A stretch of DNA of 63,472 nucleotides, filler included. It is 6 parts of 6 records of this genome, joined end to end, with 100 filler letters (N's around TTAATTAATTAA, not from the genome) between each part and the next. Parts side by side here need not be neighbours in the genome. Positions count along the whole stretch, not along the records: positions 29,066 to 46,728 come from SRR20825010_1221; positions 46,829 to 50,158 come from SRR20825010_1239; positions 50,259 to 53,473 come from SRR20825010_1250; 3 more parts are not named here. One strand, given 5' to 3'. The notes beneath the pieces were generated by a model. That model made no database searches. It was not told where the DNA came from and saw only the letters and a list, made by a program, of their open reading frames with translations. Shown one piece after another: positions 39,643-50,318 of this stretch. Positions within the stretch are counted from its first letter, which is position 1, and the number at the start of each line of letters is the position of its first letter. A program made the position numbers and the translations under genes.

Positions 39643-40115
39643 CAAATGAAACGACCCGGCAAACAACCAGTTTCGTCTATGTGACCTATATCGTTTCGAC
39701 GCCCGAAAAAGTGTTCGAGGCAATTACCAGTCCGGAATTGACGCGCCGCTACTGGGGCCACGAGAATGTGTCCGACTGGCGTCCGGGTTCGCGCTGGCAG
39801 CATGTCCGGGACAATGATGCCCGCACCGTCCAACTCGTCGGCGAAGTGATCGAAAGCAACCCGCCATCCCGTTTGGTCATAAGCTGGGCAAATGAATCGG
39901 AGGCTGCGGATCCGGCGGCCTACAGCCGGGTGACATTCGACATCGAACCCTATGAAGACATGGTGAAGCTCACCGTCACCCACGACGACCTGGTGGTCGG
40001 CAGCGGCATGGCGAATGGCGTCACCAAGGGCTGGCCGATCGTGCTGTCCAGCATGAAATCCTATCTCGAAACCGGACACGGCCTCGACATTTTCGCAAAG
40101 CCGAAAGCGGCCTGA
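39639..40115 (+). CDS. SRPBCC/AHSA1-like protein
   Basis: FVYVTYI.STPEKVF.A, SDW..GS.W, GWP.VLSS.KS.LETG; ATGA-coupled to arsR. Confidence 0.85.
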   Translation: MTNETTRQTTSFVYVTYIVSTPEKVFEAITSPELTRRYWGHENVSDWRPGSRWQHVRDNDARTVQLVGEVIESNPPSRLVISWANESEAADPAAYSRVTFDIEPYEDMVKLTVTHDDLVVGSGMANGVTKGWPIVLSSMKSYLETGHGLDIFAKPKAA

Positions 40116-40142
40116 ACTTAAGAAAATCGACTATGCCTGCCG

Positions 40143-40179
40143 GAGCCCGTTCGCATTTCGTTGGAGCGCGAACGGGCTC
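40143..40179 (+). terminator. Stem-loop after the SRPBCC gene
   Basis: Perfect 12-bp inverted repeat GAGCCCGTTCGC/GCGAACGGGCTC; weak T tract. Confidence 0.45.
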
Positions 40180-40359
40180 TACCTGTTGTTTTCCACGCGC
40201 CCGGGCGGAAAGCCGTTGTTCACTTTTCCCGGACCCGCTCAAACATGCTTCAAAAAGAGATAGTTGAAATTTGAAATATCCTGTGATCAAATAATCAAAA
40301 TTAAAATATGCAGGCAGGCGGCGGCTGGTCGCCGGCCGGGAACGACACAGGATACCCCA

Positions 40360-41637
40360 ATGAATATGCAGACCGAATCCGCCCCGCTCAGCAACAGCTT
40401 TCCGGTCGACGAGATCCGGCGCCTGTTCCCGGCGATCGCCAAGGCCGGCGATTTCATCTTTCTCGAAAACGCCGGCGGCGCGCAGGTGCCGCAAAGCGTG
40501 GTGGATGCGGTCACCAACCACCTGATCGACAGCAATGTCCAGCGCATGGCAAGCTACGAGCACAGCGCCCGCGTCGACGCCGGCCTGGACGCCGCGCGCG
40601 AAAGCGTTGCCGTGCTCATCAATGCCTATCGTCCGGAGGAGATTTCCTTCGGCCTCAACGCCACCTCGTTCATCCGCCTCGTCAGCCTCGGCATCGCCCG
40701 GATGCTGGAAACGCGCAACGAGATCGTTGTCACCGACATGGACCACGATGCCAATATCGCCACCTGGCTGGCTCTGGAGGAATACGGCGCGAAGATCGTC
40801 TGGTGGCGGATGCGGGACGTCGGAACGCTCGATCCCGAAGACCTTAAGCCGCTCGTCAACGAGCGCACGCGGCTTGTCGCCTGCACGGCCACCTCCCATG
40901 CGATCGGCACGATCGTCGATGTCGCCGCCGTCGGTCGTATCGCCCATGCCGCAGGCGCGGAGGTGTTCCTCGACAGCGTCCATTTCGGCCCGCACGGGCT
41001 GATCGACGTCAAGGCCTGGGATTGCGACTATCTGGTCTGCTCCGGCTACAAGAACTTCTCCCCGCATATGGGTTTCCTGTGGGGGCGCTATGATGCGCTG
41101 TGCAGGCTTCCGACCTTCAAGGAGGACTTCATTCCCGACGTTCCGCCCTACAAGATCGAGGTCGGCACCTTTCCCTATGAGAACGTCGCGGGCATGGATG
41201 CGGCCGTGCGCTACCTCGAAAGCGTTGGCGAGCGGTTCCTGCCTTCGGGCGAGCACAGCCGCCGCCAGGCGATTGCCGCGGCGATGGGCGCGATCCGCGA
41301 TTACGAGATGATCCTGGCTAAGGAGATGATTTCCGTTCTGAAGCGCCACGGCGCGGTAATCTACGGCATTTCCGACAGCGACAGGCTTGAGCGCAGGGTA
41401 CCGACGATCTGCTTCAACATTGCCGGCATGCTGCCGAAAACGCTTTCGGTGGAGATGGGCAAGAGGCGCATCGGCATCCGCGACGGCCACATGTTCGCGC
41501 CCCGTCTGATGAAGCGGCTTGGTCTCACGATGGATAGCGGCGCCGTGCGCGTCTCGCTTCTGCACTACAATACGCTTGAAGAAATCGGACGCTTCGACAC
41601 CGTGCTGGGCGAAATCATCGCCGCCCACACAAGCTGA
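40360..41637 (+). CDS. Cysteine desulfurase-like class V PLP enzyme lacking the catalytic Cys
   Basis: [25 protein letters not shown] (PLP Lys), [19 protein letters not shown]. Confidence 0.85.
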   Translation: MNMQTESAPLSNSFPVDEIRRLFPAIAKAGDFIFLENAGGAQVPQSVVDAVTNHLIDSNVQRMASYEHSARVDAGLDAARESVAVLINAYRPEEISFGLNATSFIRLVSLGIARMLETRNEIVVTDMDHDANIATWLALEEYGAKIVWWRMRDVGTLDPEDLKPLVNERTRLVACTATSHAIGTIVDVAAVGRIAHAAGAEVFLDSVHFGPHGLIDVKAWDCDYLVCSGYKNFSPHMGFLWGRYDALCRLPTFKEDFIPDVPPYKIEVGTFPYENVAGMDAAVRYLESVGERFLPSGEHSRRQAIAAAMGAIRDYEMILAKEMISVLKRHGAVIYGISDSDRLERRVPTICFNIAGMLPKTLSVEMGKRRIGIRDGHMFAPRLMKRLGLTMDSGAVRVSLLHYNTLEEIGRFDTVLGEIIAAHTS

Positions 41638-41714
41638 AGCGTCATGATGCCGGTGGCGTAAAAATACGCCGCCACCCAACCGCATGCGGTTACCACCAGA
41701 GGGAGAATGAAAAA

Positions 41715-42506
41715 ATGATGCTTACCCGCCGCCGCGCCATCATGCTTGCAACGGCAATCGGCCTTGCCGCCGGAAGTCTTTCCGTTGCCGCCGCCGAGAC
41801 CTTCCGGATCGGCGCCTATCCCAGCAATCCGCCATTCGAATACAAGAACGCCAGCGGCACATTCGAGGGCTTCGAGGTCGATATCGCCACCGAAGCCGCC
41901 AAGCGCGCCGGCCTCGAGCCGGAAATCGCCGATTACGGTTTCCAGGCGCTGTTCGCCGCCACCACGTCGGGCCGTATCGACGGCGCGATCTCCTCGATCA
42001 CGATCACCGAAGAGCGCCTGCAGTCGCAGTCCTTCACCCAACCCTATTACGATTCCGACATGGGCATCGCCGTCAAGGAAGGCGTCGCGCTTGCCGGCAC
42101 CGAAGACCTGAAGGGCAAGATCGTCGGCGTGCTCTCCGGCTCGACCGGCGCGAAGTGGGTCAGCGACAATGAAGCCGGCCTCGGCATCAAGTCGGTCAAG
42201 GGCTACAACGCCCAGCAGGACATGTTCCTCGATCTCGGCGCGGGCCGCGTCGACGCCGCCGTCTCCGACATTCCGGGCATGGAATACCTGTTCACCAAGA
42301 TGAAGGGCTTCGAGGTCGCCGCCCGGATCAAGACCGGCGAGCAGTACGGGATGATGATGTCCAGGGATCATCCGCAACTCGATGCCATCAACGAGGCGAT
42401 CACCACGATGAAGGAAGACGGCACCATGGCCGAGATCCATGAAAAGTGGTTCAGCTCGGCACCGCCGGCAACATCCTCGACCGTCACGGTCTTCGCCATA
42501 CCCTGA
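41715..42506 (+). CDS. Polar amino acid ABC substrate-binding protein (family 3)
   Basis: Signal peptide, NPPFEY, GFEVD, ITITEER, FTQPYYDS. Confidence 0.9.
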   Translation: MMLTRRRAIMLATAIGLAAGSLSVAAAETFRIGAYPSNPPFEYKNASGTFEGFEVDIATEAAKRAGLEPEIADYGFQALFAATTSGRIDGAISSITITEERLQSQSFTQPYYDSDMGIAVKEGVALAGTEDLKGKIVGVLSGSTGAKWVSDNEAGLGIKSVKGYNAQQDMFLDLGAGRVDAAVSDIPGMEYLFTKMKGFEVAARIKTGEQYGMMMSRDHPQLDAINEAITTMKEDGTMAEIHEKWFSSAPPATSSTVTVFAIP

Positions 42507-42516
42507 TCGGAAAACC

Positions 42517-42540
42517 GGAGGGCGCGGCAAAGCGCCCTCC
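42517..42540 (+). other. Intercistronic hairpin (possible mRNA stabiliser)
   Basis: Perfect 9-bp stem GGAGGGCGC/GCGCCCTCC between binding-protein and permease genes; no U tract. Confidence 0.45.
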
Positions 42541-42612
42541 ACCGCTTGCTACCGCTTTTGTTTCCGCGAGGCGCGGGCGAACGCATGCCGCGCTCACCGA
42601 AAGTTGCCGCCG

Positions 42613-43287
42613 ATGACCCTGGTCGAAACCTTCTTCAATACCGATGTACTTGTCGCCAGCATTCCGCTGCTGCTGCGCGGGCTGATGAACACGTTGATCC
42701 TCGGCGTGCTCTCCATCCTGATCGGCATTAGCACGGGCCTGCTGATCTGCGTGCTCCGGCTCTACGCGCCGAAGCCGGTCCGGTTTCTGACCGTCGCCTA
42801 TATCGACGTGTTCCGCGCCATGCCGGTGCTGGTGGTGCTGATCCTCGTCTATTACGCGCTTCCCTTTGTCGGCATCCGCTTTTCAGCCTGGACGTCGGCG
42901 ATCCTGTCGTTCTCGATGGTGATGGCGGCCTATTCGGCGGAGGTGTTCCGCTCCGGCATCGAAAGCGTGCCGGACGGCCAGTTCGAGGCTGCGGCCGCCC
43001 TCGGCCTTTCCTTTCCCGTGACCCTGTGGAAGGTCATCCTGCCGCAGGCGATCCGGATCGTGATCCCGCCGACCACCAGCAATTGCGTCTCGATGTTCAA
43101 GGATACAGCACTTGCCTCCACCGTTGCCATGCCCGAACTCCTGAAGGAGGCGCAGGACGCCCAGGCGTTTTACGCCAATCCAACGCCGCTGATCGGCGCG
43201 GCGATCATCTATCTGGTGTTTCTGCTGCCGCTGGTGCGTCTCGTCGGCGTTCTGGAACAGCGGTTCCGCAGGGCGAAAACCCGCTGA
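42613..43287 (+). CDS. Amino acid ABC permease (HisM/GlnP type)
   Basis: YIDVFRAMP, AYSAEVFRSGI, GQFEAA.ALG, ILPQAIR, KDTAL. Confidence 0.9.
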   Translation: MTLVETFFNTDVLVASIPLLLRGLMNTLILGVLSILIGISTGLLICVLRLYAPKPVRFLTVAYIDVFRAMPVLVVLILVYYALPFVGIRFSAWTSAILSFSMVMAAYSAEVFRSGIESVPDGQFEAAAALGLSFPVTLWKVILPQAIRIVIPPTTSNCVSMFKDTALASTVAMPELLKEAQDAQAFYANPTPLIGAAIIYLVFLLPLVRLVGVLEQRFRRAKTR

Positions 43288-43367
43288 CCGGCGGTCGGGC
43301 GCTTGACTTTGCCGCCTGTTGCCCCGACAGACGATAACAGGCTGGCACTACCGGGAAGAGAGGCGCA

Positions 43368-44054
43368 ATGATCAACACGGGGCTTTCCAGGATTTCGTCC
43401 AGGATGACCGTTCAGGACGGGGTCTACGAGCAGTTGCGCCACGCCTTGATGTGGGGCCAGTTCGAGCCCGAACAGGTGACCACGATCTCCTCGCTCGCCG
43501 CCGAATTCGGCACCAGCCATATGCCGGTGCGCGAGGCGCTGCGCCGGCTTGCCGCTGAAAAGGGCCTCGAGATCAGCCGCAGCGGCTCGGCCCGCGTGCC
43601 CGCCGTCTCACGTCTCAGGCTCGACGATCTGTGCCGCGCGCGCACCGCACTTGAAGGGCTTGCAACCAAACTGGCGACGACCCGCATGAGCGATGCCGAT
43701 ATCGACCACTGCCTTACGCTTGCCCGCGATCATGAGGCGCTCGGCCGGCAGGGCCATGTCCACGAGATGCTGCGCAAGAACCAGGAATTCCACTTTGCGA
43801 TCTACGAGCTTTCCGGCTCCGAAGTCCTGCCGCAGATGATCGAGACGCTCTGGCTGCGCTTCGGCCCCTATATGCGCATGCTCTCCGATCTGGTGATCCA
43901 GCAGCTCAATGCGGGGACCATCCACCCCTATTCGACCTATCACTACGAAATGATCGAGGCTTTCCGGCGCGGCGATGGCGAGGCCGCCTCCGCGCTGATG
44001 GTCAAGGATATCGAGGCGACGCAGGCCTTGCTGCAGGACATGTGCCCGATCTGA
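43368..44054 (+). CDS. GntR (FCD) family regulator, paralog of 35193-35939
   Basis: TVQDGVYEQLRHAL, TSHMPVREAL, NQEFHFAIY, IETLWL. Confidence 0.9.
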   Translation: MINTGLSRISSRMTVQDGVYEQLRHALMWGQFEPEQVTTISSLAAEFGTSHMPVREALRRLAAEKGLEISRSGSARVPAVSRLRLDDLCRARTALEGLATKLATTRMSDADIDHCLTLARDHEALGRQGHVHEMLRKNQEFHFAIYELSGSEVLPQMIETLWLRFGPYMRMLSDLVIQQLNAGTIHPYSTYHYEMIEAFRRGDGEAASALMVKDIEATQALLQDMCPI

Positions 44055-44080
44055 ACGGCACCGGACAACCCTACCGTATG

Positions 44081-45364
44081 CTACCGCCGCCGCCAGTCGG
44101 CAAAGCGGGCCTGGGCCAGCGCCACTGAAGCCGCAAGCGGGGTCAGCGCGTGGAACGGCAGCCGGCGCGCCGTAATCAGCGGCACAGCGAGGCTTTCGGC
44201 CGGTTCGCCGAGGGCGGCGCGCGCCAGAACCCGGCCAAGCTGGGCGGTCATGGCGATGCCGCGGCCATTGCAGCCGATGCCGGCGAAGAAGCCCGGCCCG
44301 AAGGCGTGGATTCGCGGCAGAAAATCCGGCGTCATCGCCGCAACGCCGGTCCAAACCGCCTCGACCTCCGGTCGGGTTTCAAGCCCGAGTTCGGCGACCA
44401 GCCGATCGACGACCGCAAGGCCGACCCGGTTGAAAGCACCGAGGGGATTGATCGCCATGCCGCCGCTGATCAACCGGTTGTCGCGGTCGAGCCGGTAGGT
44501 GAAGAGGTTGAGCCGCGTGTCTCCGACCGGCAACCGGTTTGGTGATATGCGCTTCACCACCGTCTCGGGCAGCGGTTTCGTCGCAACCTGATAGACGCGC
44601 AGCGGCACGGTGGTGCGACCGAGCCGTCCCGCCGCCCCGCTGGTATAGGCATTGGTGGCGAGAATGACGGCGCCCGCTGCGATCTCGCCGCCCTCATAGG
44701 CCACGCGCCAGCCCGTCGCGGCCTTGGTGATCGCCTTGACCTCGGCCTGCTCGCGGATGACGCCGCCCCGGCGGGCCACCGCCTCGGCAAGCCCGGACAA
44801 GTAGTTCAGCGGATGGATCGTGCCGCCCGAGGGGTCGAGCAGGCCGCCCTGATAGATCGCCATGCCGGTTTCTGAGCGAACCTCTTCGGAAGAGAGAAAC
44901 CTGACAGGCCGGTCCAGCGCGTTCCACGCCTCCACCCGCCGGCGCAGCATGTTCGCCGCCTCGCCGCCATAGGCCGGCTGCAGCCAGCCCGTCTGGCGGG
45001 CGTCGCAGTCTATGCCTTCCATGCGTATTGTCTCGAAGACCTGATCGGCGCCCTCGCCCACCAGCCGCAACAGTCGGTCGGCCTCGGGCCGCGGCAATCT
45101 GCGGCGCACGGCATCGGGATCGGCCTTGGCGAAATTCGGAACCACGAAACCGGCATTCATCCCGCTCGCGCCATCGCCGAGACAACAGCGCTCCAGCACC
45201 GCGACCGAGCGACCCTGGCGGACAAGCGCGAGCGCCGCCGTCATCCCGGTGAAACCACCGCCGACCACCACGACATCCGCCATCTCCGGCACAATGGTCG
45301 CGGAACGGTCCGGCACCGGATTGGCGGTCAGAGTCCAAAGCGTCGGCGACCGGCTTTCACCCAT
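44081..45364 (-). CDS. FAD-dependent oxidoreductase (DAO/PuuB-like)
   Basis: VVGGGFTG, GASGMNAG, IHPLNY, CNGRGIA; start uncertain. Confidence 0.85.
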   Translation of the reverse strand: MGESRSPTLWTLTANPVPDRSATIVPEMADVVVVGGGFTGMTAALALVRQGRSVAVLERCCLGDGASGMNAGFVVPNFAKADPDAVRRRLPRPEADRLLRLVGEGADQVFETIRMEGIDCDARQTGWLQPAYGGEAANMLRRRVEAWNALDRPVRFLSSEEVRSETGMAIYQGGLLDPSGGTIHPLNYLSGLAEAVARRGGVIREQAEVKAITKAATGWRVAYEGGEIAAGAVILATNAYTSGAAGRLGRTTVPLRVYQVATKPLPETVVKRISPNRLPVGDTRLNLFTYRLDRDNRLISGGMAINPLGAFNRVGLAVVDRLVAELGLETRPEVEAVWTGVAAMTPDFLPRIHAFGPGFFAGIGCNGRGIAMTAQLGRVLARAALGEPAESLAVPLITARRLPFHALTPLAASVALAQARFADWRRR

Positions 45365-45514
45365 CTTCCCTGTCCGTTTCATTGTCCGTATGGCCAGCGC
45401 ATCGTTCTGTCCGCAAGGACGCACGGCGCTCCAGATGTCCCAACCGGCTTAATCCGAAAAGATCACTTGATCAACATACCGCACGCTCTCCGAACGGCGT
45501 CTTTGCGACAAACC

Positions 45515-46099
45515 TCAGAAAGACGGTGGGGTGCAGGCGCTGACGACGACGCAGCGACTGTTTCTGAGCGCCTTGAAGCGGTGCGGCTTGCGGCTTTTGA
45601 ACAGGTAGGCATCGCCAGGGCCGAGGATTTTCCGCTGGCCGTCGACGATCACTTCCAAATGGCCCTCGATCACGATGCCTGCCTCCTCGCCCTCATGGCT
45701 GAGCATCACCCGGCCGGTGTCAGCGCCCGGTTCGTAGACCTCGTAGATCATCTGCAGGTCGTGGCCGAGAAGATTGCCGCCGACCTGCCTGTAGGAAATC
45801 CGACCCTTGCCGATCTCGGACAGTTCCGACGCCGCAAAGAACACCCTGTCCTGGCGTTCCGGCTCATAGGCGAAGAATTCCGAAAGCCCGATCGGGATCC
45901 CGTCAAGCACACGTTTCAGCGCGCTCAGCGAAGTGTTGATCTTCGCCGATTCGAGCTGGGAGATGAAACCATTGGTTACGCCCGCGCGGCGCGCCAGTTC
46001 GCGTTGGGAATAGCCGTGCGCCTCCCTTATGGCGCGCAGCCTCAGACCGACATCGATCGAAAGTTCGGGCGTGTTCTGCATGTCTACGATCGTAAACAT
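45515..46099 (-). CDS. XRE-cupin transcriptional regulator (PuuR-like)
   Basis: SQRELARRAGVTNGFISQLE HTH; HEGEEAG cupin; VSACTPPSF. Confidence 0.88.
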   Translation of the reverse strand: MFTIVDMQNTPELSIDVGLRLRAIREAHGYSQRELARRAGVTNGFISQLESAKINTSLSALKRVLDGIPIGLSEFFAYEPERQDRVFFAASELSEIGKGRISYRQVGGNLLGHDLQMIYEVYEPGADTGRVMLSHEGEEAGIVIEGHLEVIVDGQRKILGPGDAYLFKSRKPHRFKALRNSRCVVVSACTPPSF

Positions 46100-46200
46100 A
46101 CTGCCTTCGTTTTCAAGAAAAACAATGACCTGCGCAATGAAAGAAACAGACTTTTCTCCGGTTGAAATCGGTGCGCTAATCCAGCCAAAGGAGAACAGCC

Positions 46201-46728
46201 ATGAATGCACATGTCGGCAACAACCGGGCGCTTGACGCCTACTGGATGCCTTTCACCGCCAACCGCCAGTTCAAGGCGGCGCCGCGCATGCTGGTCGGCG
46301 CCAAGGGGATGCATTACCGCAGCGAGGACGGGCGAACGATCCTCGACGGCACGGCGGGGCTATGGTGCTGCAATGCCGGCCACGGCCACCGCGAGATCGC
46401 CGAAGCCGTCACCCGTCAGTTCGAGGAGATGGACTACGCCCCCTCCTTCCAGATGGGCCATCCCGCCGCCTTTGCCTTTGCCGAGCGGTTGAAGCAGATG
46501 GCGCCCTCCGGCTTCGATCATGTGTTCTTCACCGGCTCCGGCTCGGAATCCGTCGATACCGCGCTGAAGATCGCGCTCGCCTATCACCGCGCCCGCGGCG
46601 AGGGCGCGCGCACCCGTCTGATCGGCCGCGAGCGCGGCTATCATGGCGCTGGTTTCGGCGGCATTTCGATCGGCGGCATCGTCAGCAACAGGCGCCATTT
46701 CGGCACGCTTCTGACCGGCGTCGATCAT
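46201..46728 (+). CDS. Omega-amino acid/beta-alanine:pyruvate aminotransferase (class III), 5' fragment
   Basis: WMPFTANRQFK, DGTAGLWC.NAGH, SGSESVDTALK, GYHG. Confidence 0.9.
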
Positions 46729-46828
46729 NNNNNNNNNNNNNNNNNNNNNNNNNNNNNNNNNNNNNNNNNNNNTTAATTAATTAANNNNNNNNNNNNNNNN
46801 NNNNNNNNNNNNNNNNNNNNNNNNNNNN
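46729..46828. other. Artificial contig spacer
   Basis: 44 N + TTAATTAATTAA + 44 N. Confidence 0.98.
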
Positions 46829-49603
46829 GTTGAGCTGGGCCTGGAAATAGCCGTTGCCATCGGTGTTTCCGAGCCTGAGATCGCCGGAAAGCGTGCCGCC
46901 CATCAGTCGTCCGGAAAGCCCGTTGAGGGACATGCCGCCGCCCCGGAAGTCGAGTTTGCCGCCCATGCCGGTCACCGGCGCGGCAAGCCCGACATCGAAG
47001 GCACCCGCCTGAAGGTCGACGGACGCCTCAGCCGTTCCGAAATAGGCGTGGTCAAACGGGATGTCCGAGAGATTACCCTCTGTGTCCACGAAATCGGGAC
47101 CGAACACGGTCTCCGTCAGCCATGCCATATCGAGCCGGTCGAACGACAGCGCGCCGTCGAGCGAGGCCACAGGCCCGCCCCGGGCAAGCGAAAGCCGACC
47201 GGCAACGCCGTTATTGTCGAGCGTTCCTTCGATGGTCGAAAGCGCATAGGCCTCGGCGTCGATATCGAGCGCTGCCTTCAGCGATACCGGCACCCCGAAC
47301 GCCGTGCCGGGCACGGCGAACGCGTTCATCGCCAGATAGGGTTCGAGATCCGGGCTTTCGAGCGCTAGCGCATAGCGGCCTGTCAGGAAGTCGCCTGCGG
47401 CAAGGCTCGCCTCTCCGGTGGCGGAAAACCGGGTGTCGCCGCTTGCGGCGCGAAAGCCGATCGTCGCCGGCCCCTCGGCATCGGCGCGATCGAGCGAGAG
47501 CGACAATTGCGCGCCCGCCGGCGCCGGGATCGGCAGCGGCATCATGCCCGCCTGCCCGAACAGCACCGCGGCATCCGGGTTCGAGAGTTGAAGCTGGCCG
47601 CTGAACCCGCCGCCAAGCCCGATCAGTTCGTCCATCCGCCAAGAGCCCGCGATCCGGGTGCCGTTGGCGCTGCCCTGGATCACGGCCGCCACCGCGGTGC
47701 CATCCTGCCCGAATGTCATATCCGCCGCGAGACTGGTATCGCCGTACCAGATCGCTCCATCGCCAAGCATCGTCAGCAGCGGATGATCGCCGGCCCGCTG
47801 CCGCAACATGGCGACGAAATCGGCAATATCGGCAGCCGACAGCGTCAGACGGGCCGAGCCGGTCGGCATATCGCGCATCGTCTGCGCCTGCCCGGAGAGC
47901 GTGATCGCCGCACCCGCGAGATCCTCGATCTTCAGGCTGTCGATCGTCAACGCTCCGGTCTGATAGGTGAAATCAGCATCGACCACCTTCGCCGTCAGAT
48001 TGAAAGCGTTGACGGCGCCGGCCCGGAGCGTGGCGTGGATACGGTGCTGGCTGAGACCGGTATCGATATCGTCGCCCACCATCAGCCCGGCAAGGGCCCG
48101 CAGCGCGTTCAGGTCGATGACATTGCCCGACAGATCGAAATCGAGCGTCGGCGTTGCAGCCCCAACCGCCTGTCGCGACAATGTGCCGTCGAGCACGGCG
48201 TCTCCGGCAATGATCTGCAGGTTTTCAAACGCCTGCGTCTCCGGCGTCAGAATGACGTCGGCGGAAAAGCCGGCGCGTCCCAGATCACGGATCTCGGGAC
48301 TGACCTTGCCGGTCAGCCATTGCGAAAGCCCGCTCGGCTGGCGCGAGGCGACCAGAAGCGAACCCGAAAAATCCGTCGTCTCGCCGACGGACAGGCGGCC
48401 GGAAGCCTCCACCTGCGTACGCCCGGGCAGAACCGCCGAACCATTCTCGATCCGCCAGCCATCGCCGTCGGGAGAGGCGTCCAGCACGATCGAGCGGATC
48501 GTGGTATCGCCGGAAACCAGCGCCGGCAGGCGGAAGGTCACCTTGCCCGGCAATTGCGGGATCGGCACATCCCTGATGAAGCCGATCAGCACGTCGAGAC
48601 GCTCGCGCGCGCTCGGCGGCGCAACCCGGCCCTTTTTCAGGTTGGTATCGTAATCGGACAGCCGTTCGACATTGAATTGCTGGCCATTGGCCGTCAGCAG
48701 GAAGGTTCCGCCCGGCCTCGTGTCGAAATTGCCCTCGCCGGTGATCACGTAAGGGTCAACGCGGGTGCCGACCTCAAGCCGGTATTCCGGCACGGCGATC
48801 GAATTGTTGGTGAGTTCGAACTTGCCGGCGACGCGTGGCAGCGGCACGTCCTGCTCGCCATCGCCGGTCACGGCAAGACGAAAATCGCCGGAATAGACCG
48901 GCGCCCCGCTCGCAAGCGAGACATCGCCTTCCATCGTCGCCGATAGCGGCCATTCCGCAGGTGTCGCCGAAAGCCTGACGCGCACGGAACGGGTTTCGGG
49001 ATCGGGACGGCCGGTCAGGATGCTGAAGCTTCCGGCGCGGCCGTCGAGCACACCCGTTCCCTCCATCCGCCACGGTCCCTCGATGGCGTTGGCGGACAGC
49101 ATGGCGTCGATATCGGTAAGGCTGCGCATCCGCCCGCTCGCTGCGTCGGAGAGATGGATTTCGCCGTCGCGAACCTCGACATCCTCGAAGATCACGCGGC
49201 GCGCGGCGATGGAGCTTTCGCCGGTATCGGTCCAGGACAGCGCGCCATTGTCATCAAGCGAGAGATTGAGCACGGGGTGGTCGAGCTGCATCTTGAAAAT
49301 GCGCATCTCGCCGCTGAGGAAGGGGGCGAGCTCCGCATCCATCGAAAACGAATCCGCCGTCGCAAGCGGTTCGCCGCCTGCATCGCGGCCAACGCTGACA
49401 TCGTGCATGGTGATCGCCGGAAACGGCAGCACCCGCACCTCGACGTCGCCGAGCACTTCGACCTTCTTGCCGACCACCCGGCTCGCCTGAACCTCGAATT
49501 CCCGCCGGAAGCTGCTCCAGTCGATGAAATAGGGGGCGACCAGCGCGACACAGAGGACGAAAACCAGAAATGCGCCTATGGAAACCAGTATTCGAGCCAG
49601 CAA
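46829..49603 (-). CDS. AsmA family protein, 3'-truncated
   Basis: N-terminal TM helix + ALVAPYFIDWSSFR.EFE.QAS...G..V; beta-rich body. Confidence 0.85.
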
Positions 49604-49707
49604 ACTTGCTATTCCCTGTCACTTGCCTTTGCGGCTCCGGCGCCGCATTGGCCCGAACCTATCACAGCGTACAATAGCAAACCAGTTCAGGCCTATGGCG
49701 CAAACGA

Positions 49708-50157
49708 TCAGAAAATCTTGCCCGGGTTGAAGATATTGTCCGGGTCGAGCGCCTGCTTGATCGCGCGCATCAACCCGATCGCGCTGCCGAGTTCCTGGCC
49801 GACCACCCGCTTCTTGCCCTGGCCGACGCCGTGCTCCCCGGTCGAGGTGCCGCCCATGGCGATCGCGCGCTCCGCAAGGCGGACGGTAAAGGCTTCGATC
49901 CGTTCGATCTCGCCGGGCTTGTCCTTGTCGAACAGCACCAGAAGATGAAAATTGCCGTCGCCGGCATGGCCGACAACCGGCGCCAGAATACCCTCTGCGG
50001 CGATATCGGCCTGGGTCTCGCGCATGCACGCGGCAAGGCGCGAGATCGGTACGCAGACATCGGTCGAAAAGCCCTCATACTCGGGCTTCAACGCCCTGCC
50101 CGCCCAATAGGCATTGTGACGCGCCTTCCACAGACGGTTGCGCTCCTCGGCATTGGC
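49708..50157 (-). CDS. FAD-linked oxidase (D-lactate dehydrogenase/GlcD family), 3' fragment
   Basis: LWKARH, TDVCVPISRL, GHAGDGNFH, GEHGVG.GK, LDPDNIFNPGK. Confidence 0.9.
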   Translation of the reverse strand, partial: ANAEERNRLWKARHNAYWAGRALKPEYEGFSTDVCVPISRLAACMRETQADIAAEGILAPVVGHAGDGNFHLLVLFDKDKPGEIERIEAFTVRLAERAIAMGGTSTGEHGVGQGKKRVVGQELGSAIGLMRAIKQALDPDNIFNPGKIF

Positions 50158-50158
50158 G

Positions 50159-50258
50159 NNNNNNNNNNNNNNNNNNNNNNNNNNNNNNNNNNNNNNNNNN
50201 NNTTAATTAATTAANNNNNNNNNNNNNNNNNNNNNNNNNNNNNNNNNNNNNNNNNNNN
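50159..50258. other. Artificial contig spacer
   Basis: 44 N + TTAATTAATTAA + 44 N. Confidence 0.98.
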
Positions 50259-50318
50259 TGGTCGCATTGCCCGTCAGCTGCGAGATTTAAGAGTTCACCT
50301 CACTGCGGGGCGCGCCGC

